A stretch of DNA of 64,000 nucleotides from Octopus sinensis (GCF_006345805.1 NC_043006.1:101060001-101124000), one strand, 5' to 3'. Shown: positions 12,753 to 26,910, counted from the stretch's first letter. Notes: a model not told the origin generated them from the sequence alone. Translations and numbers: made by a program.

Positions 12753-12896
12753 ATACATGTATACTCTTTTACTTGTTTCAGTCATGTGACTGTGGCCATG
12801 CTGGAGCACTGCCTTTAGTCGAGCAAATTTAACTATTTCTCCTGGATTGGAAAAATGATGAACAGCTTCAATGCTCTTATGTATAATTATGTTTAG

Positions 12897-12941
<45 letters not shown>

Positions 12942-13222
12942 ACTCTGTGTGTTTGATAAGTGCTAGTACATACAATTCTCAGTCTCTGAATAATTCTGTT
13001 ACTTCTGCCAAATATTGATAAAAATCATATACATACTTGCATTTTGAGTTCTATTTTTTACGTTTGCATCACCAAACACGTATGTATGTATGTATGTATG
13101 TATGTATGTATGTATGTATGTATGTGTGTGTGTATGTATGTATGTGTGTGTGTGTATGTATGTATGTATGTATGTATGTATATACACACATGTATGTATA
13201 TAAATATATATATATATTTATA

Positions 13223-14509
13223 TATTGGGTCATCACATAAGTAATGCTGGTTTTTGTATACTTTTATTTTTCAAAACTAAGATAAACAAAGTCCTTTTTT
13301 AATGTAAAATATACTCTCCTTCATTTTCTACAATGCTCATCCATTTATCTGGTAGACTTGCAAAGCCCTTCTTCCAAAATCCATTTGTCCATTACAAAAA
13401 ATACTCCTCCAGTATTGTTCTGACCTCATCTACATAATTCATATTTATTTCCATCCAAATAATTTTGAAAACTATTTAACTATTTCTCCTGGATAAATAA
13501 ATGATAATCAGATAAGGCAATATTTGGCAAATATGGTGGCTTGGGGTATCATTTTCCATTTAAATTGCTTCAGCCTTTGGAATGTCATCCTCATTGTATG
13601 TGGTCGAGTATTATCCTGATGGAAGAACACCTTTTGTCTTGAAAGGTCATTTTCTTCTAGTGCTGACTTAGGCCACTCAAGCTGCTTCAAGTAGATATCC
13701 TTTATTATCATTTGGTTTGGATTTAAAAGTTCAAAGTGGACTAAACTATTCATATCCCACCAAACAGATAATAACACCTTACATGGATGATGACCTTCCT
13801 TAGCCTGGGCTACCAGTGTTTCTTCTTTCCTTGCCCACTGTCTTTTTATAGAGAACCCATTTCTCATCACCAGTAACTATTCAGTCCAAAAATGGTTCAT
13901 CTGTGAAGCATGACAGAAAAGAAGAGCACACATTCACTCTCTGCACACAATTAGATTTGGAAAATTTGTGAGGAATCCATTGACCCAATTTGCCAACTTT
14001 CATGATGGTACACACGTAACAATGACTGGTTGAATGACCAAATCCAAACTTCTCTGCTAGTTCCTCAACAGTTATGATGGGATTTTGTTCCACTAGGGTT
14101 GGCAGGATGTCCTCGTTGAGCTCTACAGATCTTCTAGCATGAGGCTCGTCTTCTAGGCTGTAGTTTCTAGTTCAAATTTTCTGGAACCACTGTTGACACT
14201 AGCTTACACTTATTGTCTGATCCCTATATACTGCATTAATATTCCTTGCACTTTCCATTGCACTGTTGCCTTTAATGAACTCATAAAGCAAAATATGCTG
14301 AATATGCTCCTTTGTCACTTCCATTATAGCTTTGAAAAAATAACTGTTAAAATCGAACTGCACTCTTCAAAACTTGCACTAAGAATAAGTACAAGGTAAA
14401 ATTACTTTGTGCTTCTATAGCAAGTTGCTGCAGGTAGTTTATCCCATCCCTTCCAACTTTTTGTTCATGCGACTGAAAAACACATTATTATTTATGGAAT
14501 AATGTAATA
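13223..14509 (-). mobile_element. Decayed mariner (DD34D-type) transposon
   Basis: ORFs 13881..14093 (GQWIPHKFS, equivalent to WVPHEL) and 13508..13870 (LLSVWWD..VHFELL, FHQDNTRPHT); weak TIRs. Confidence 0.8.
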
Positions 14510-14859
14510 TATGTGTGTGTGCATGAGTAAATATATAAAATACATACATACATACCTACATACACACATACATACATACATACATACATACATACATACA
14601 TACATACATACATACATACATACAATGGGCTACTGTACAGTTTCTGTCCACCAAACTGTACTCTCTTCTAAATGAGGCTACAATTATGGTTGCATGCCCA
14701 AATTACAACTCATTGTGATCAAGAGCTAATTTCTTGACCACACAGACATATAATCGTTTTCCAGAAATAAACACAACTTCGAAGTATTTAAATTCTCTTT
14801 CTTAGATCCAGCCTCATTAGACACCAACAATATAAGATTTGATCTCATTAGCAATAACA

Positions 14860-15400
14860 CAGGGCTCAACTAATAATATTTTCCTTTCTTCTATAGGTAC
14901 AAGGCCGGAATTTTTGTGGGATGGGGTTTGTTTATTACATTAACCCCAGTGCACAACTGGTACTTGCTTCATCAACTCTGACAGGAGCTAAGGCATAGTT
15001 GGCCACAGCAGAATTTGAAATTAGAATAATAAAAATGGACAAAATGCCATTCATCCTTTTGGGAAAGGGGACACGTAGATTACATCAACCCCAGTACACA
15101 ACTGGTATTTATTTCGGCAACCCCGAAAGAAGGAAAGCAAAGTCAACGTCAGCAGAATTTGAAATCAGAATATAAAAATGGACAGGGCTCAACTAATAAT
15201 CTTTTCCTTTCTACTATAGAAACAAGGCCTGAAATTTTAAGGGAGCTGGGTCAGTTGATTGTTTATTACATCAACCCCAGTGCTGAAATGGTACTTATTT
15301 CATCAATTCCATAAGAATGAAAGGAAAAAAAGAATCGACCACAGTAAAATTTGAACCCAGAACATGAAGAAGGTGAATGAAGTACCACTAAGCACCTTGT
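14860..15400 (-). repeat. Tandem cluster of three decayed SINE family B copies
   Basis: AGGGCTCAACTAATAAT recurs at about 14861 and 15184; ACATCAACCCCAGT..AACTGGTA occurs three times. Confidence 0.65.
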
Positions 15401-16122
15401 TCAGTGAGACTCAACTGATACTGTAACCACTCTTGATCAATCTGTTTCTTCTGATTAATGCTTATAGCAAAATATTAATGCAAGGGAGCGTGTTATGGCG
15501 TTGACTATATGATATTCATATGAGTTTTTCTTTTTCTTAATAACTTTCAATTAAAATGTTTTTGATATTTCATTCCAAGGTTACCAAGTTTGATAGCGGG
15601 GAAGGACATTTCTTAGGTGCTCACCACACAAGTGAACACACAGAGGGCCAAGTTGTGGTATTAAATTGTTTGATGATCTAAGTCTATCATATAAGTAAGA
15701 AATGGTGGGGTTTGAAATCAGAATGCAAAAGTCAATACAAATACCACCTAGTATCCAAGCATTTGGTCTGATGTTCTTACAATTTCATCTGTCCCTACTC
15801 TGGATTGATACTTTCATACTTTTTAAATCAATCTCAAATGGACAAAATTTTGTTGCTGGCAAGGCTACAGTATTTTGTTTTGTAATCATAATATACTACT
15901 AAGTATATCATAGGTTTATAAGTCAATACTGTGTCTCCATTCATGTTACACTACTAAACCTTGTGGACAATTAAGCAAAGTGTTCATAAATAGCTGAAGG
16001 ATGAGATGAGGTGCTGATGAAAGGACAATAATCCTTGAAATATGCATGTATGCTTATCACCTATTTTTTCTATCTTCAGTCACATTGTTTACATAGATGT
16101 ATTTGTTTACAAATAATTCTAT

Positions 16123-16510
16123 ACTCTTTTACTCGCTTCAGTCATGTGACTGTGGCCATGCTGGAGCACTGTCTTTAGTCGAGCAAATCGACCCCAGGAC
16201 TTATTCTTTGGAAGCTTAGTACTTATTCTATTGGTCTCTTTTCCTGAACCGCTAAGTTATGGGGATGTAAACACACCACCATCGGTTGTCAAGTGATGTT
16301 GGGGTACAAACACAGACACACAAACATACACACATATATACATATATACGATGGGCTTCTTTCAGTTTCCGTCTACCAAATCCACTCACAAGGCTTTGGT
16401 TGGCCCAAGGCTATAGTAGAGGATACTTGCCCAAGGTGCCACGCAGTGAGAATGAACTCAGAACCATGTGGTTGGTAAGCAAGCTACTTACCACACAGCC
16501 ACTCCTGCAC
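16123..16510 (-). mobile_element. tRNA-derived SINE family A, near full length
   Basis: Minus-strand head AGTGGCTGTGTGGTAAGTAGCTTGCTTACCAACCACATGGTTC; same as copies at 30355, 45000 and 62970. Confidence 0.9.
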
Positions 16511-16920
16511 CTATAAAAAAAGACTATAGAAGAATTCTATGGAAAAATCCATAGAGATACCCTTCAAAATTAAATAAATGAAACGTAAAGCTGATTTTAG
16601 CAGAATTTGATCTCATAATACAGAGAGTCAGTACATATACAGCATGACATTTTATCTCACATTTTAATGACTGTCAATTTGCCATCTATTTTTAGATATC
16701 TGAAAATATATTTAAAAACTGAAATGTAAAGAAAATATTTCATTCTGCATTCCAATTGTATAAGTTTATATTTAATATTTTCATAAACCTTGAAAGACAT
16801 TTTGAAATAACCAGTTTCAATGAAGGAGAAATTCAGAGGAAAGTCAGAAAATATAAATAGCTTTCTAGAAAATCCATCTACAGAATATGAAGTTGAATTA
16901 AAATCCTGAATTGAAATACC

Positions 16921-17247
16921 TTTACTGTTTACTTGTTTCAGTCATTAGACTGTGGCCATGCTGGGGCACTGCCTTGAAGATTTTTAGTTGAACAAATCAA
17001 GACCAGTACTTACTTATAAGCCTGGTACTTATTCTGCCAGTTTCTTTTGCTGAACTGCTAAGCTACAAGGATGTAAACACACCAACAGCAGTGGTTAGAC
17101 AGTGGCAGGGGACAAACGCAAACACAAAGACACACACACAAACAGATTCATATATACACAGACACACACGCACGCACTCACACATATACACATATTCATA
17201 CATATATATGTATGTGTTTGTGTGTGTATACACACACACACATATTT

Positions 17248-17331
<84 letters not shown>

Positions 17332-17352
17332 AAGATAGATAGATGGATGGAT

Positions 17353-17416
<64 letters not shown>

Positions 17417-17424
17417 GGATGGAT

Positions 17425-17491
<67 letters not shown>

Positions 17492-17508
17492 AAGATAGAT
17501 AGGTAGAC

Positions 17509-17555
<47 letters not shown>

Positions 17556-17775
17556 AAGATAGATAGAAAGATAGATAGGTAGACAGATAGATAGATAGAA
17601 AGATAGATAGGTAGACAGATAGATAGATAGATAGATTTCTATATATATGAGGGTTTCTGTATATTAAATCCACTCACGAGGCTTTTGTCAGCCTGGGGCT
17701 ATAGTAGAAGACATTTGCCCAAGGTGCTACATAGTAAGACTAAATCAGGAACCATGTGGCTGGGAAGCAAAAGGT
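16921..17775 (-). mobile_element. SINE family A copy whose internal microsatellite has expanded into a (GATA)n array
   Basis: SINE 3' part 16921-17130 and 5' part 17650-17775 flank the array. Confidence 0.8.
17248..17637 (+). repeat. (TAGA)n tetranucleotide array (~390 bp) with variant units (GATG, GAAA, GACA)
   Basis: Visible; ORF 17095..17673 is its translation. Confidence 0.95.
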
Positions 17776-18404
17776 TTAGCCCATGGCCATGCAGCAGTTG
17801 TCCATCGTTTTTTTATGGCATGGGTATACTAGTTTTAACGTAAACTTTCATTGGAAGTTTCCTACACAAACAAACGTTAGTGTTGCATAAAAGAAACACT
17901 GAATGCTGGATTCTCCCAAATTTTCCTGTTAAGGTTAAGAAATTTTGTAAAAACAAAAAAAAAACCCCAAAAAAAAAACCAACCCCACATGCAAAGAATC
18001 CTGCGTTTATTGAGTTGTTTCTGGAATGGTAACTTTGCAACAAACATAAAATAGCAATTGAAATTCTTCTGAGATCCATAGCAGCAAACACAAAAGCTAT
18101 GGTTCTTCTTAATTGTTGGGACTGGCTAAAAGCTTTCAAGCCATTTTTCTTTTCTATAATAGAGTAAAACAAATTTATTACTTTTATGATGTGGAAATAT
18201 CTACCATTAACACCACAATCCAAATAATGGTAAGATCCATTTTCAAAATATTTTCTTTCTGTATTTTCTTTTCGTTTTTGATTTTTTTATCTCTTCTTGC
18301 AAACCAAAGTCCCCTGCATAAATTTGGATCCTAACACACATTCTTGTCCTTTACATTATTACATCATTTATCATTTATAACATTCCAACATCAGGAAAGA
18401 CAGG

Positions 18405-18451
<47 letters not shown>

Positions 18452-18520
18452 CATTATTATCTTCATCATATATACATATGTATGTATGTATATGTATATA
18501 TATATATATACATATGTATG

Positions 18521-18575
<55 letters not shown>

Positions 18576-18796
18576 TTATCATCATCATATATACATATGT
18601 ATGTATGTATATGTATATATATATCATCATCATCATCATCATCATTTAACGTCCGCTTTCCATGCTAGCATGGGTTGGACGGTTCAACTGGGGTCTGGGG
18701 AGCCCGAAAGCTGCACCAGTCCAGTCAGATCTGGCAGTGTTTCTACAGCTGGATGCCCTTCCTAACGCCAACCACTCCGAGAGTGTAGTGGGTGAT

Positions 18797-21128
18797 TTTA
18801 TGTGCCACCGACACAGGTGCCAGACGAGGCTGGCAAACGGCCACGCTCGCATGGTGTTTTTTATGTGCCACCGACACAGGTGCCAGACGAGGCTGGCAGA
18901 CGGCCACGCTCGGATGGTGTTTTTTATGTGCCACCGACACAGGTGCCAGACGAGGCTGGCAGACGGCCACGCTCGGATGGTGTTTTTATGTGCCACCGAC
19001 ACAGGTGCCAGACGAGGCTGGCAGACGGCCACGCTCGGATGGTGTTTTTATGTGCCACCGACACAGGTGCCAGATGAGGCTGGCAAACGGCCACGATCGG
19101 ATGGTGCTTGTTACGTGCCCACAGCACGGAGGCCAGTCGATGCGGTACTGGCTACGGCCACGTTCGGATGGTTTTCTTATGTGCCACGTGCCACCGGCAC
19201 TGGTACCACAAAGATACAAATTCCATTGATGTTCATCTATTTTGATTTGTTTTGATTTTCACTTGCCTCAACAGGTCTTCACAAGTGTCACAAGAAGGAA
19301 GGTATGCACAGGTGGACTGACTACGTCCCAGGTAGGGGCCATGGGTTATGGCCTGACTAGTCTTGCAGGGTCTTCGGATGGTGTTTTTATGTGCCACCGA
19401 CACAGGTGCTAGATGAGGCTGGCGAACGGCCACGATCGGATGGTGTTTGTCATGTGCCCACCGCACTGACTACAGCACTGATGGATTCTTGTGTGCCACA
19501 GGCACTGGTACCACAAGATACAAATTCCATTGATGTTCATCTATTTTGTCTATTTTGATTTTGATTTTGATTTTCACTTGCCTCAACCGGTCTTCACAAG
19601 TGTCACAAGAAGGAAGGTATGCACAGGTGGATTGACTAGTCTTGCCGGGTCTTCGGAAGGTGTTTTTATGTGCCACCGACACAGGTGCCAGATGAGGCTG
19701 GCGAACGGCCATGATCGGATGGTGTTTGTTACGTGCCCACAGCACGGAGGCCGGTCGATGCGGAACTGGCTACGGCCACGTTCGGATGGTTCTCTTGTGT
19801 GCCACCGGCACTGGTACCACAAAGTGTGTGCCACCGGCACTGGTACCACAAAGATACAGATTCCATTGATGTTCATCTATTTTGATTTATTTTGATTTTC
19901 ACTTGCCTCAACAGGTCTTCACAAGTGTCACAAGAAGGAAGGTATGCACAGGTGGACTGACTACGTCCCAGGTAGGGGCCATGGGTTATGGCCTGACTAG
20001 TCTTGCCGGGTCTTCGGATGGTGTTTTTATGTGCCACCGACACAGGTGCTAGATGAGGCTGGCGAACAGCCACGATCGGATGGTGTTTGTCATGTGCCCA
20101 CAGCACGGAGGCCAGTCGATGCGGTACTGGCTACGGCCACTTTCGGATGGTTTTCTCTTGTGTGCCACCAGCACTGGTACCACAAAGATACAAATTCCAT
20201 TGATGTTCATCTATTTTGATTTGTTTTGATTTGATTTTGATTTTGATTTTCACTTGCCTCAACAGGCCTTCACAAGTATCACAAGGAGGAAGTATGCACA
20301 GGTGGACTGACTACGTCCCAGGTAGGGGCCATGGTTTATGGCCTGACTAGTCTTGCCGGGTCTTCGGAAGGTGTTTTTATGTGCCACCGACACAGGTGCT
20401 AGATGAGGCTGGCGAACGGCCACGACCGGATGGTGTTTGTTATGTGCCCACAGCACGATGGCCAGTGATGGGTACTGACTACGGCCATGTTCGGATGGAT
20501 TCTTGTGTGCCACCGGCACTGGTACCACAAGCGGTACTGACTACTTTTTATGTGCCACCAACACAGGTGCTAGATGAGGCTGGCGAACGCCATGACCGGA
20601 TGGTGTTTGTATTGTGCCCACAGCACGATGGCCAGTGATGCGGTACTGACTACGGCCACGTTCGGATGGATTCTTGTGTGCCACCGGCACTGGTACCACA
20701 AGGATACAAATTCCATTGATGTTCATCTATTTTGATTTGTTTTGATTTTGATTTGATTTTCACTTGCCTCCTCAGGTCTTCACAAGTGTCACAAGAAGGA
20801 AGGTATGTACAGGTGGACTGACTACGTCCCAGGTAGGGCCCACGGGTTATGACCTGACTAGTCTTGCCGGGTCTTCGGATGGTGTTTTTATGTGCCACCA
20901 TGTTCCCACAGCACGGAGGCCAGTCGATGCGGTACTGGCTACGGCCACGTTCGGATGGTTTTCTTGTGTGCCACAGGCACTGGTACCACAAAGATACAAA
21001 TTCCATTGATGTTCATCTATTTTGATTGATTTTCACTTGCCTCAGCAGGTCTTCACAAGTGTCACAAGAAGAAGGTATGCACAGGTGGATCGACTACGTC
21101 CCAGGTAGGGGCCACAGGATATGGCTGA
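18797..21128 (-). repeat. Tandem array derived from the RTE 3' UTR: about five 62-bp units plus about six 270-510-bp higher-order units
   Basis: TTTTATGTGCCACCGACACAGGTGCCAGACGAGGCTGGC unit repeated; GACTAGTC landmark near 19355, 19634, 19995, 20345, 20855 and 21127. Confidence 0.9.
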
Positions 21129-23258
21129 CTAGTCCTGCTGGGTCCTCTCATGCACAGCACACTTCCATAGGACTCGGTCTTCAGTCATTTCCTTGGTGAG
21201 ACCTAAAGTTCGAAGGTCGTGCTTCACCACATTGTCCCAGGTTTTCCTGGGTCTACCTCTTCCACAGGTTCCCTCAACTGCTAGGGTGTAGCACTTTTGC
21301 ACACAACTATCTTCAGCCATTCTCGTCACATGACCATACCAGCGCAGCCGTCTCTCTTGCACACCACAACTGACACTTCTTAGGTTCAACTTTTCTCTCA
21401 AAGTACTTACACTCTGACGATTATGAACACTGACATTACACATCCATCGGAGCATACTGGCTTCATTTCTTGCAAGCTTACGCATATCCTCAGCTGTCAC
21501 GGCCCATGTTTCACTACCATGTAGCATGGCTGTTCGTACACACGCATCATATAGTCTGCCTTTTACTCTTAGCGAGAGGCCTTTTGTCACCAGCAGGGGT
21601 AAGAGCTCTCTAAACTTTGCCCAGGCTATTCTTACTCTAGCAGTTACACTTTCAGCACACCCACCCCCGCTACTGACTTGGTCTCCTAGGTAGCGGAAGC
21701 TATCAACTACTTCTAGTTTATCTCCCTGGAACGTGGTAGAAGTTGGTCTCTGCACATTTCCAGTGTTTATTTCTCCTGAGCATCTGCCACAGACAAAAAC
21801 TATTTTCTTAGTTAGCCTTCCTTTGACATTGCTGCACCTCTTATGTGTCCATAGCTTACACTTGGTGCACCTTATAGAGTTTCTACCTACACCTTTTTTA
21901 CAGATCGAGCAGGGCCATCTACCTGAAGTCGTTTGTGGTTGGTCCACCTTCCTACTTATTAGGACTTTGGTTTTGGCTAGGTTGATTCTAAGGCCCTTCG
22001 ATTCTAATCCTTGTTTCCACACCTGAAACTTCTCCTCCAGTTCTGATAGTGACTCAGCAATTAGAGCAAGGTCATCAGCATATAGGAGCTCCCAGGGGCA
22101 TCCTGTCTTAAATTCTTCCGTTATTGCCTGGAGGACTATGATAAATAGGAGGGGGCTGAGGACTGAACCTTGGTGGACCCCAACCTCTACCCGGAATTCT
22201 TCACTGTACTCGTTGCCAACCCTCACCTTACTAGCTGCGTCTCTGTACATGGCTCGCACAGCTCTCACTAACCATTCATCTATCCCTAGTTTCCTCATTG
22301 ACCACCAGATAAGGGATCGGGGGACCCTGTCAAAGGCTTTCTCCAAGTCAACAAAAGCCAGGTACAAGGGCTTACCTTTGGCTAGGTATTTCTCCTGCAG
22401 CTGTCTTACCAGGAATATAGCATCAGTAGTACTTTTCCCTGGCACGAACCCAAACTGCATATCATCTAAGCTAACTCTCTCTCTAATTAACTGGGCTATA
22501 ACCCTCTCCGTAACCTTCATTACCTGATCCAACAGCTTGATGCCCCTGTAGTTATTTGTATCTAGGGCATCGCCTTTACCTTTGTAGCAGTTGACTATTA
22601 TGCTGCTACACCAGTCATTGGGTATGACTCCTTCGTGTATCACCTAGTTAACTATACGGTGACTATGCTATAGCCGACACTACCAGATATTTTGAGCATC
22701 TCTGCAGTAATTCCTGATGGGCCTGGGGCTTTCCCTGTCTTCATGCTTCTAATTGCCTTAGCTACCACGGAACTATCAACTCGGATAGCTGGTCCCTCTG
22801 TTGGGTCAACATTCGGCAGACTCTCTTTATCCCATTCATTTTCCTCATTCAGCAACCTTTCATAGTGGCGTCTCCAAGCTTCTCTCTTTGCATCCTCATT
22901 TAGCGCAAGTGAACCATCCTCCATGCGAACACATTTCTCTCCTACCACATCTCGATTCTCTCTCACACACTGTCTTGCAACACGAAATACCTCAAGTCTT
23001 TCATCCTCACGGTGCAGGACATCGGCAAATTTTCTTTTATCTGCTTCCCCTCTGGCTAGATAGACCTGTCTCCTAGCTTCCCTTCTGGCAGTCTGATACA
23101 CTTCCCTGCTACCACCGTTCTTCCAGGCCTTCCAAGCCTGTTTCTTTTGTCTAATAGCCCTATCAACAATATTGTTCCACCACCATGTTATTTTGGGTCT
23201 TAAGGGGACTTTGCACCAGCCACAGATCTGGTCAGCGGCTTTCAGCAGGTTGTCCCTC
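21129..23258 (-). pseudogene. RTE ORF2 reverse transcriptase (APE domain missing), broken by one frameshift and one stop near 22645-22665
   Basis: ORFs 22652..23332 and 21129..22643: KAPGPSG, YKGKGD..NYRGIKLL, QFGF, FVDLEKAFD, GVHQGSVLSPLLF, LYADD, YLG; junction reads ACC-GT-ATA (1-bp deletion) and AAC-TAG-GTG. Confidence 0.93.
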
Positions 23259-23479
23259 AGAAGGGAGAGAGATACATATATATACATATATGTGTGTATC
23301 TTTATAGTGAGTTTCTGGTGGTTTTGGAACATTGTTTCTGACTTTAGCAGGTGATATCAGATACCCTACTGAATATAAATATATATACATTTATTTATTT
23401 AAATGCATTACTGCTCTATCTTTTAGAGCATGCTTCTTTTTGGGATATATGATCCATTGACAATATAAATAAATATATA

Positions 23480-23710
23480 TTTCATTATTGCCCACAAGAG
23501 GTTAAACATAGAGGGGACAAACAAGGACAGACAAACGGATTAAGTCGATTACATCGACCCCAGTGTGAACCTGGTACTTTTATTTATCGACTCCGAAAGG
23601 ATGAAAGGCAAAGCCGACCTCAGCGGAATTTGAACTCAGAACGTAACGACAGACGAAATACCGCTAAGCATTCCGCCCGGCGTGCTAACGTGTCTGCCAG
23701 CTCGCCACCT
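23480..23710 (-). mobile_element. tRNA-derived SINE family B, full length
   Basis: Minus-strand head GGCGAGCTGGCAG..CGTTAGCACGCCGGGCG; B-box GAGTTCAAATTCC; tail GTGGGCAATAATGAAAT. Confidence 0.9.
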
Positions 23711-23846
23711 TACAATATAAATATAAATAAACATAAGTATGTGTGTGTGTGTGCATACGTACACACACACACGCATATATATACACATATATATTCTGTA
23801 TATAAACACACATATATAAACATATATAAACGTATATATATATATA

Positions 23847-24460
23847 TACATCTAATATAGGATAAAATTTTTCGAAAAAATTTTATCAATGGCCAGCATA
23901 TTAAAAAATACCTTTTCGGCATATTTGGCATTAGAAATTTTTTGTTTTGCCCTTGTTTATAAGTTGTTTATAAATTTAACCTTTAAAGGTACTTTTTAAT
24001 ATGTTGGCCATTGATAAAACTTTTTTCGATAATATGTTGGCCATTGATAAAACTTTTATCCTATGTTAGATGTAAATTTAATAGTATTCACTTCCGGACT
24101 TTCTCGCTCTGTGAGAGTTTCAGTTCAAATCGCATGTCTCGAATGGGCTGGAGTATTTCTATTTTGGATATATTTGGGGTACTTAATTGTGCTCATGACT
24201 TGGAGTTTGCTTCTTCCATCGGTATAAGTAAGTATTTCATTTATTTCTTTGCCGCATTTATCACTGCCGAAGGGAAGGTTCTTATGAACTAATTCTGAAA
24301 TTGGGTCCGATATGGTAATAACAGAATTTTTTAGAAATTTCTGTCGCCTTTCTTCAAGTAATGTGCTTATTGTGATAAATTATATGGTTATGGATAATGT
24401 GTCTAGTTTCGGTATATTTGGCATTAGAAATTTTTTCTTTTGCTCTTGTTTATAAGTTAT
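23847..24460 (-). mobile_element. Penelope-like element remnant with an inverted terminal duplication
   Basis: 23847-23920 is inverted at 23985-24075; 23918-23980 is repeated directly at 24408-24458; the minus strand translates to decayed coding-like text. Confidence 0.45.
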
Positions 24461-24648
24461 ATATATATATGGGATAATGCAATATATTTTAAATTTTAAA
24501 TTTTAACTTTAAATTTAAATAATTTAAATTTTGAATTTTATATTTTATATATTTTGTATATTATATTAATTAATTTTATTTCTATGTTTTGGTTTATGTT
24601 TTTCACTGTTTGATTTGCCTAATAGTGGTTTTATCTCTAATTTAATAT

Positions 24649-24703
<55 letters not shown>

Positions 24704-24780
24704 ATATATAGATACATACATACATGCATACATACATACATACATACATACATACATACGTACATACATACATACATACA

Positions 24781-24812
<32 letters not shown>

Positions 24813-25090
24813 GGTGAGTTCAAGTAGAGGTTACAAAAACATCTAAGGATATTTATTTCCAATGAATTGCTGGCATATTACCTATATGTGATTATGACTG
24901 TTAGTGTCAATGCTCATAAATGACAGGTAAGGAAATAAACTGAAGTTTATCTATATTTCAGGAAAAATAAGAAAATGGAGATAAAGATGATAATTGATAA
25001 ACATCAATTAATATTTACTGATTACATAAAAAAAAATTGATGTTCATTAATTACCATTTTCATCTCCATTTTCTCATTGCTCCTTTTATA

Positions 25091-25135
<45 letters not shown>

Positions 25136-25237
25136 TATATACATACATACTTAATTTGACATTATTGGCTTGGCCCTGTGACTGATTAGAAAGCATGTTT
25201 GAATGTGGATGAAGAAGTATGTTTCTTCTCTCTCTCT

Positions 25238-25317
<80 letters not shown>

Positions 25318-25560
25318 AGATAAGAAAATGGAGAAATACACCTAAATCAAATATCAATTACCAGATAATACTCAATCACATACTTTATTAAACCACCACA
25401 TAAGAGACTGTAGGGTTAAATATAAAAAGCAGAACAAATCAGTGTACATAAAGGAATGTACATAAAAAAGTGTACATAAAAGAGTAATGTTGTATAATAA
25501 GTAGAATATATATAAAAGAGAATATAAATATAAGTAAATATAAATATAAGTATAAATTAG

Positions 25561-25682
25561 ATCTTACAGCTGTTTCGGCCATGTCGATAAGTATGTCTCA
25601 TTTTACCAATATTAGCCCTTTATGGTTGGTCAATATATAGATATAAATGAGACATTCACAAAAATATCACAAGGCCTCTTCG

Positions 25683-25687
<5 letters not shown>
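25561..25687 (-). ncRNA. Minimal type-I hammerhead ribozyme with extended helix II (copy 1)
   Basis: ATCT-CCGAAGA-GGCC[~95 nt, includes ATGTCTCATTT/AAATGAGACAT]GGCC-GAA-ACAGCTGT-A-AGAT. Confidence 0.7.
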
Positions 25688-25726
<39 letters not shown>

Positions 25727-25904
25727 AATAATAAAAATAACAACAACAACAACAACAACAACAACAATAATTATAATAATAACAATAACAATAATAATAT
25801 TAGGAAATATGATTCCAAACTTACAGGGAAAAATTCAATTTAGTAATACTAAATCAAATTTCATAATATATATAAATTTATATAAATTAGAGAAGAACCA
25901 CCAT

Positions 25905-26176
25905 GTAGCAATTCAACAATTATATTCTTAAATCATACCATAGAGAAAAAAATTAAAGATACAATAAAACATTTACTTAGAACTAAATAAAGTATGAAAT
26001 AATAAATAAATAGTATGTAATTAATTAATTAATATATTTAATAATTAATAAATAGACTATTTATATACAATTTATTTATTATTTCGTACTTTATTTAGCT
26101 CTTGGTAAATGTTTTATCGTATCTTTAATTTTTTTCTATATGGTATGATTTAAGAATATCATTGTTGAATTACTAT
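25905..26176. repeat. Imperfect AT-rich inverted repeat (~100-bp arms), duplicated at about 27131-27402
   Basis: GTAGCAATTCAACAAT..ATTCTTAAATCATACCATAG versus CTATATGGTATGATTTAAGAATATCATTGTTGAATTACTA. Confidence 0.8.
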
Positions 26177-26295
26177 CTTGACTGTGGCCATGCTGGAGCA
26201 CCGCCTTTGGTCGAGAAAATCGACCATGGGACTTATTCTTTGTAAGCCAGTACTTATTCTATCTTTATCTTCTCTAATTTATATAAATTTATATA

Positions 26296-26339
<44 letters not shown>

Positions 26340-26433
26340 ACATACATACTTAATTTGACATTATTGGCCCTGTGACTGATTAGAAAGCATGTTTGAATGT
26401 GGGTGAAGAAGTATGTTTCTTCTCTCTCTCTCT

Positions 26434-26471
<38 letters not shown>

Positions 26472-26481
26472 ATATATATTA

Positions 26482-26529
<48 letters not shown>

Positions 26530-26788
26530 ATATATATATATATACAAGATAAGAAAATGGAGAAATACACCTAAATCAAATATCAATTACCAGATAATAC
26601 TCAATCACATACTTTATTAAACCACCACATAAGAGACTGTAGGGTTAAATATAAAAAGCAGAACAAATCAGTGTACATAAAGGAATGTACATAAAAAGTG
26701 TACATAAAAGAGTAATGTTGTATAATAAGTAGAATATATATAAAAGAGAATATAAATATAAGTAAATATAAATATAAGTATAAATTAG

Positions 26789-26910
26789 ATCTTACAGCTG
26801 TTTCGGCCATGTCGATAAGTATGTCTCATTTTACCAATATTAGCCCTTTATGGTTGGTCAATATATAGATATAAATGAGACATTCACAAAAATATCACAA
26901 GGCCTCTTCG

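Larger units (their letters stand above)
18624..23258 (-). mobile_element. 5'-truncated RTE-clade LINE with expanded 3' UTR and (GAT)n tail
   Basis: RT ORF, 3' UTR array, terminus ...GCATGGAAAGCGGACGTTAAATGATGATGAT; 5' end abuts a TA repeat at about 23260. Confidence 0.92.

Noticed and set aside
18170-18232. Possible small exon ending ATG|GTAAG
   Set aside because: Weak acceptor, no recognisable peptide and no partner exons found
18797-19100. Regular 62-bp repeats resembling a CRISPR array
   Set aside because: There are no unique spacers, the units are contiguous copies of the RTE 3' UTR, and the context is eukaryotic with no cas genes
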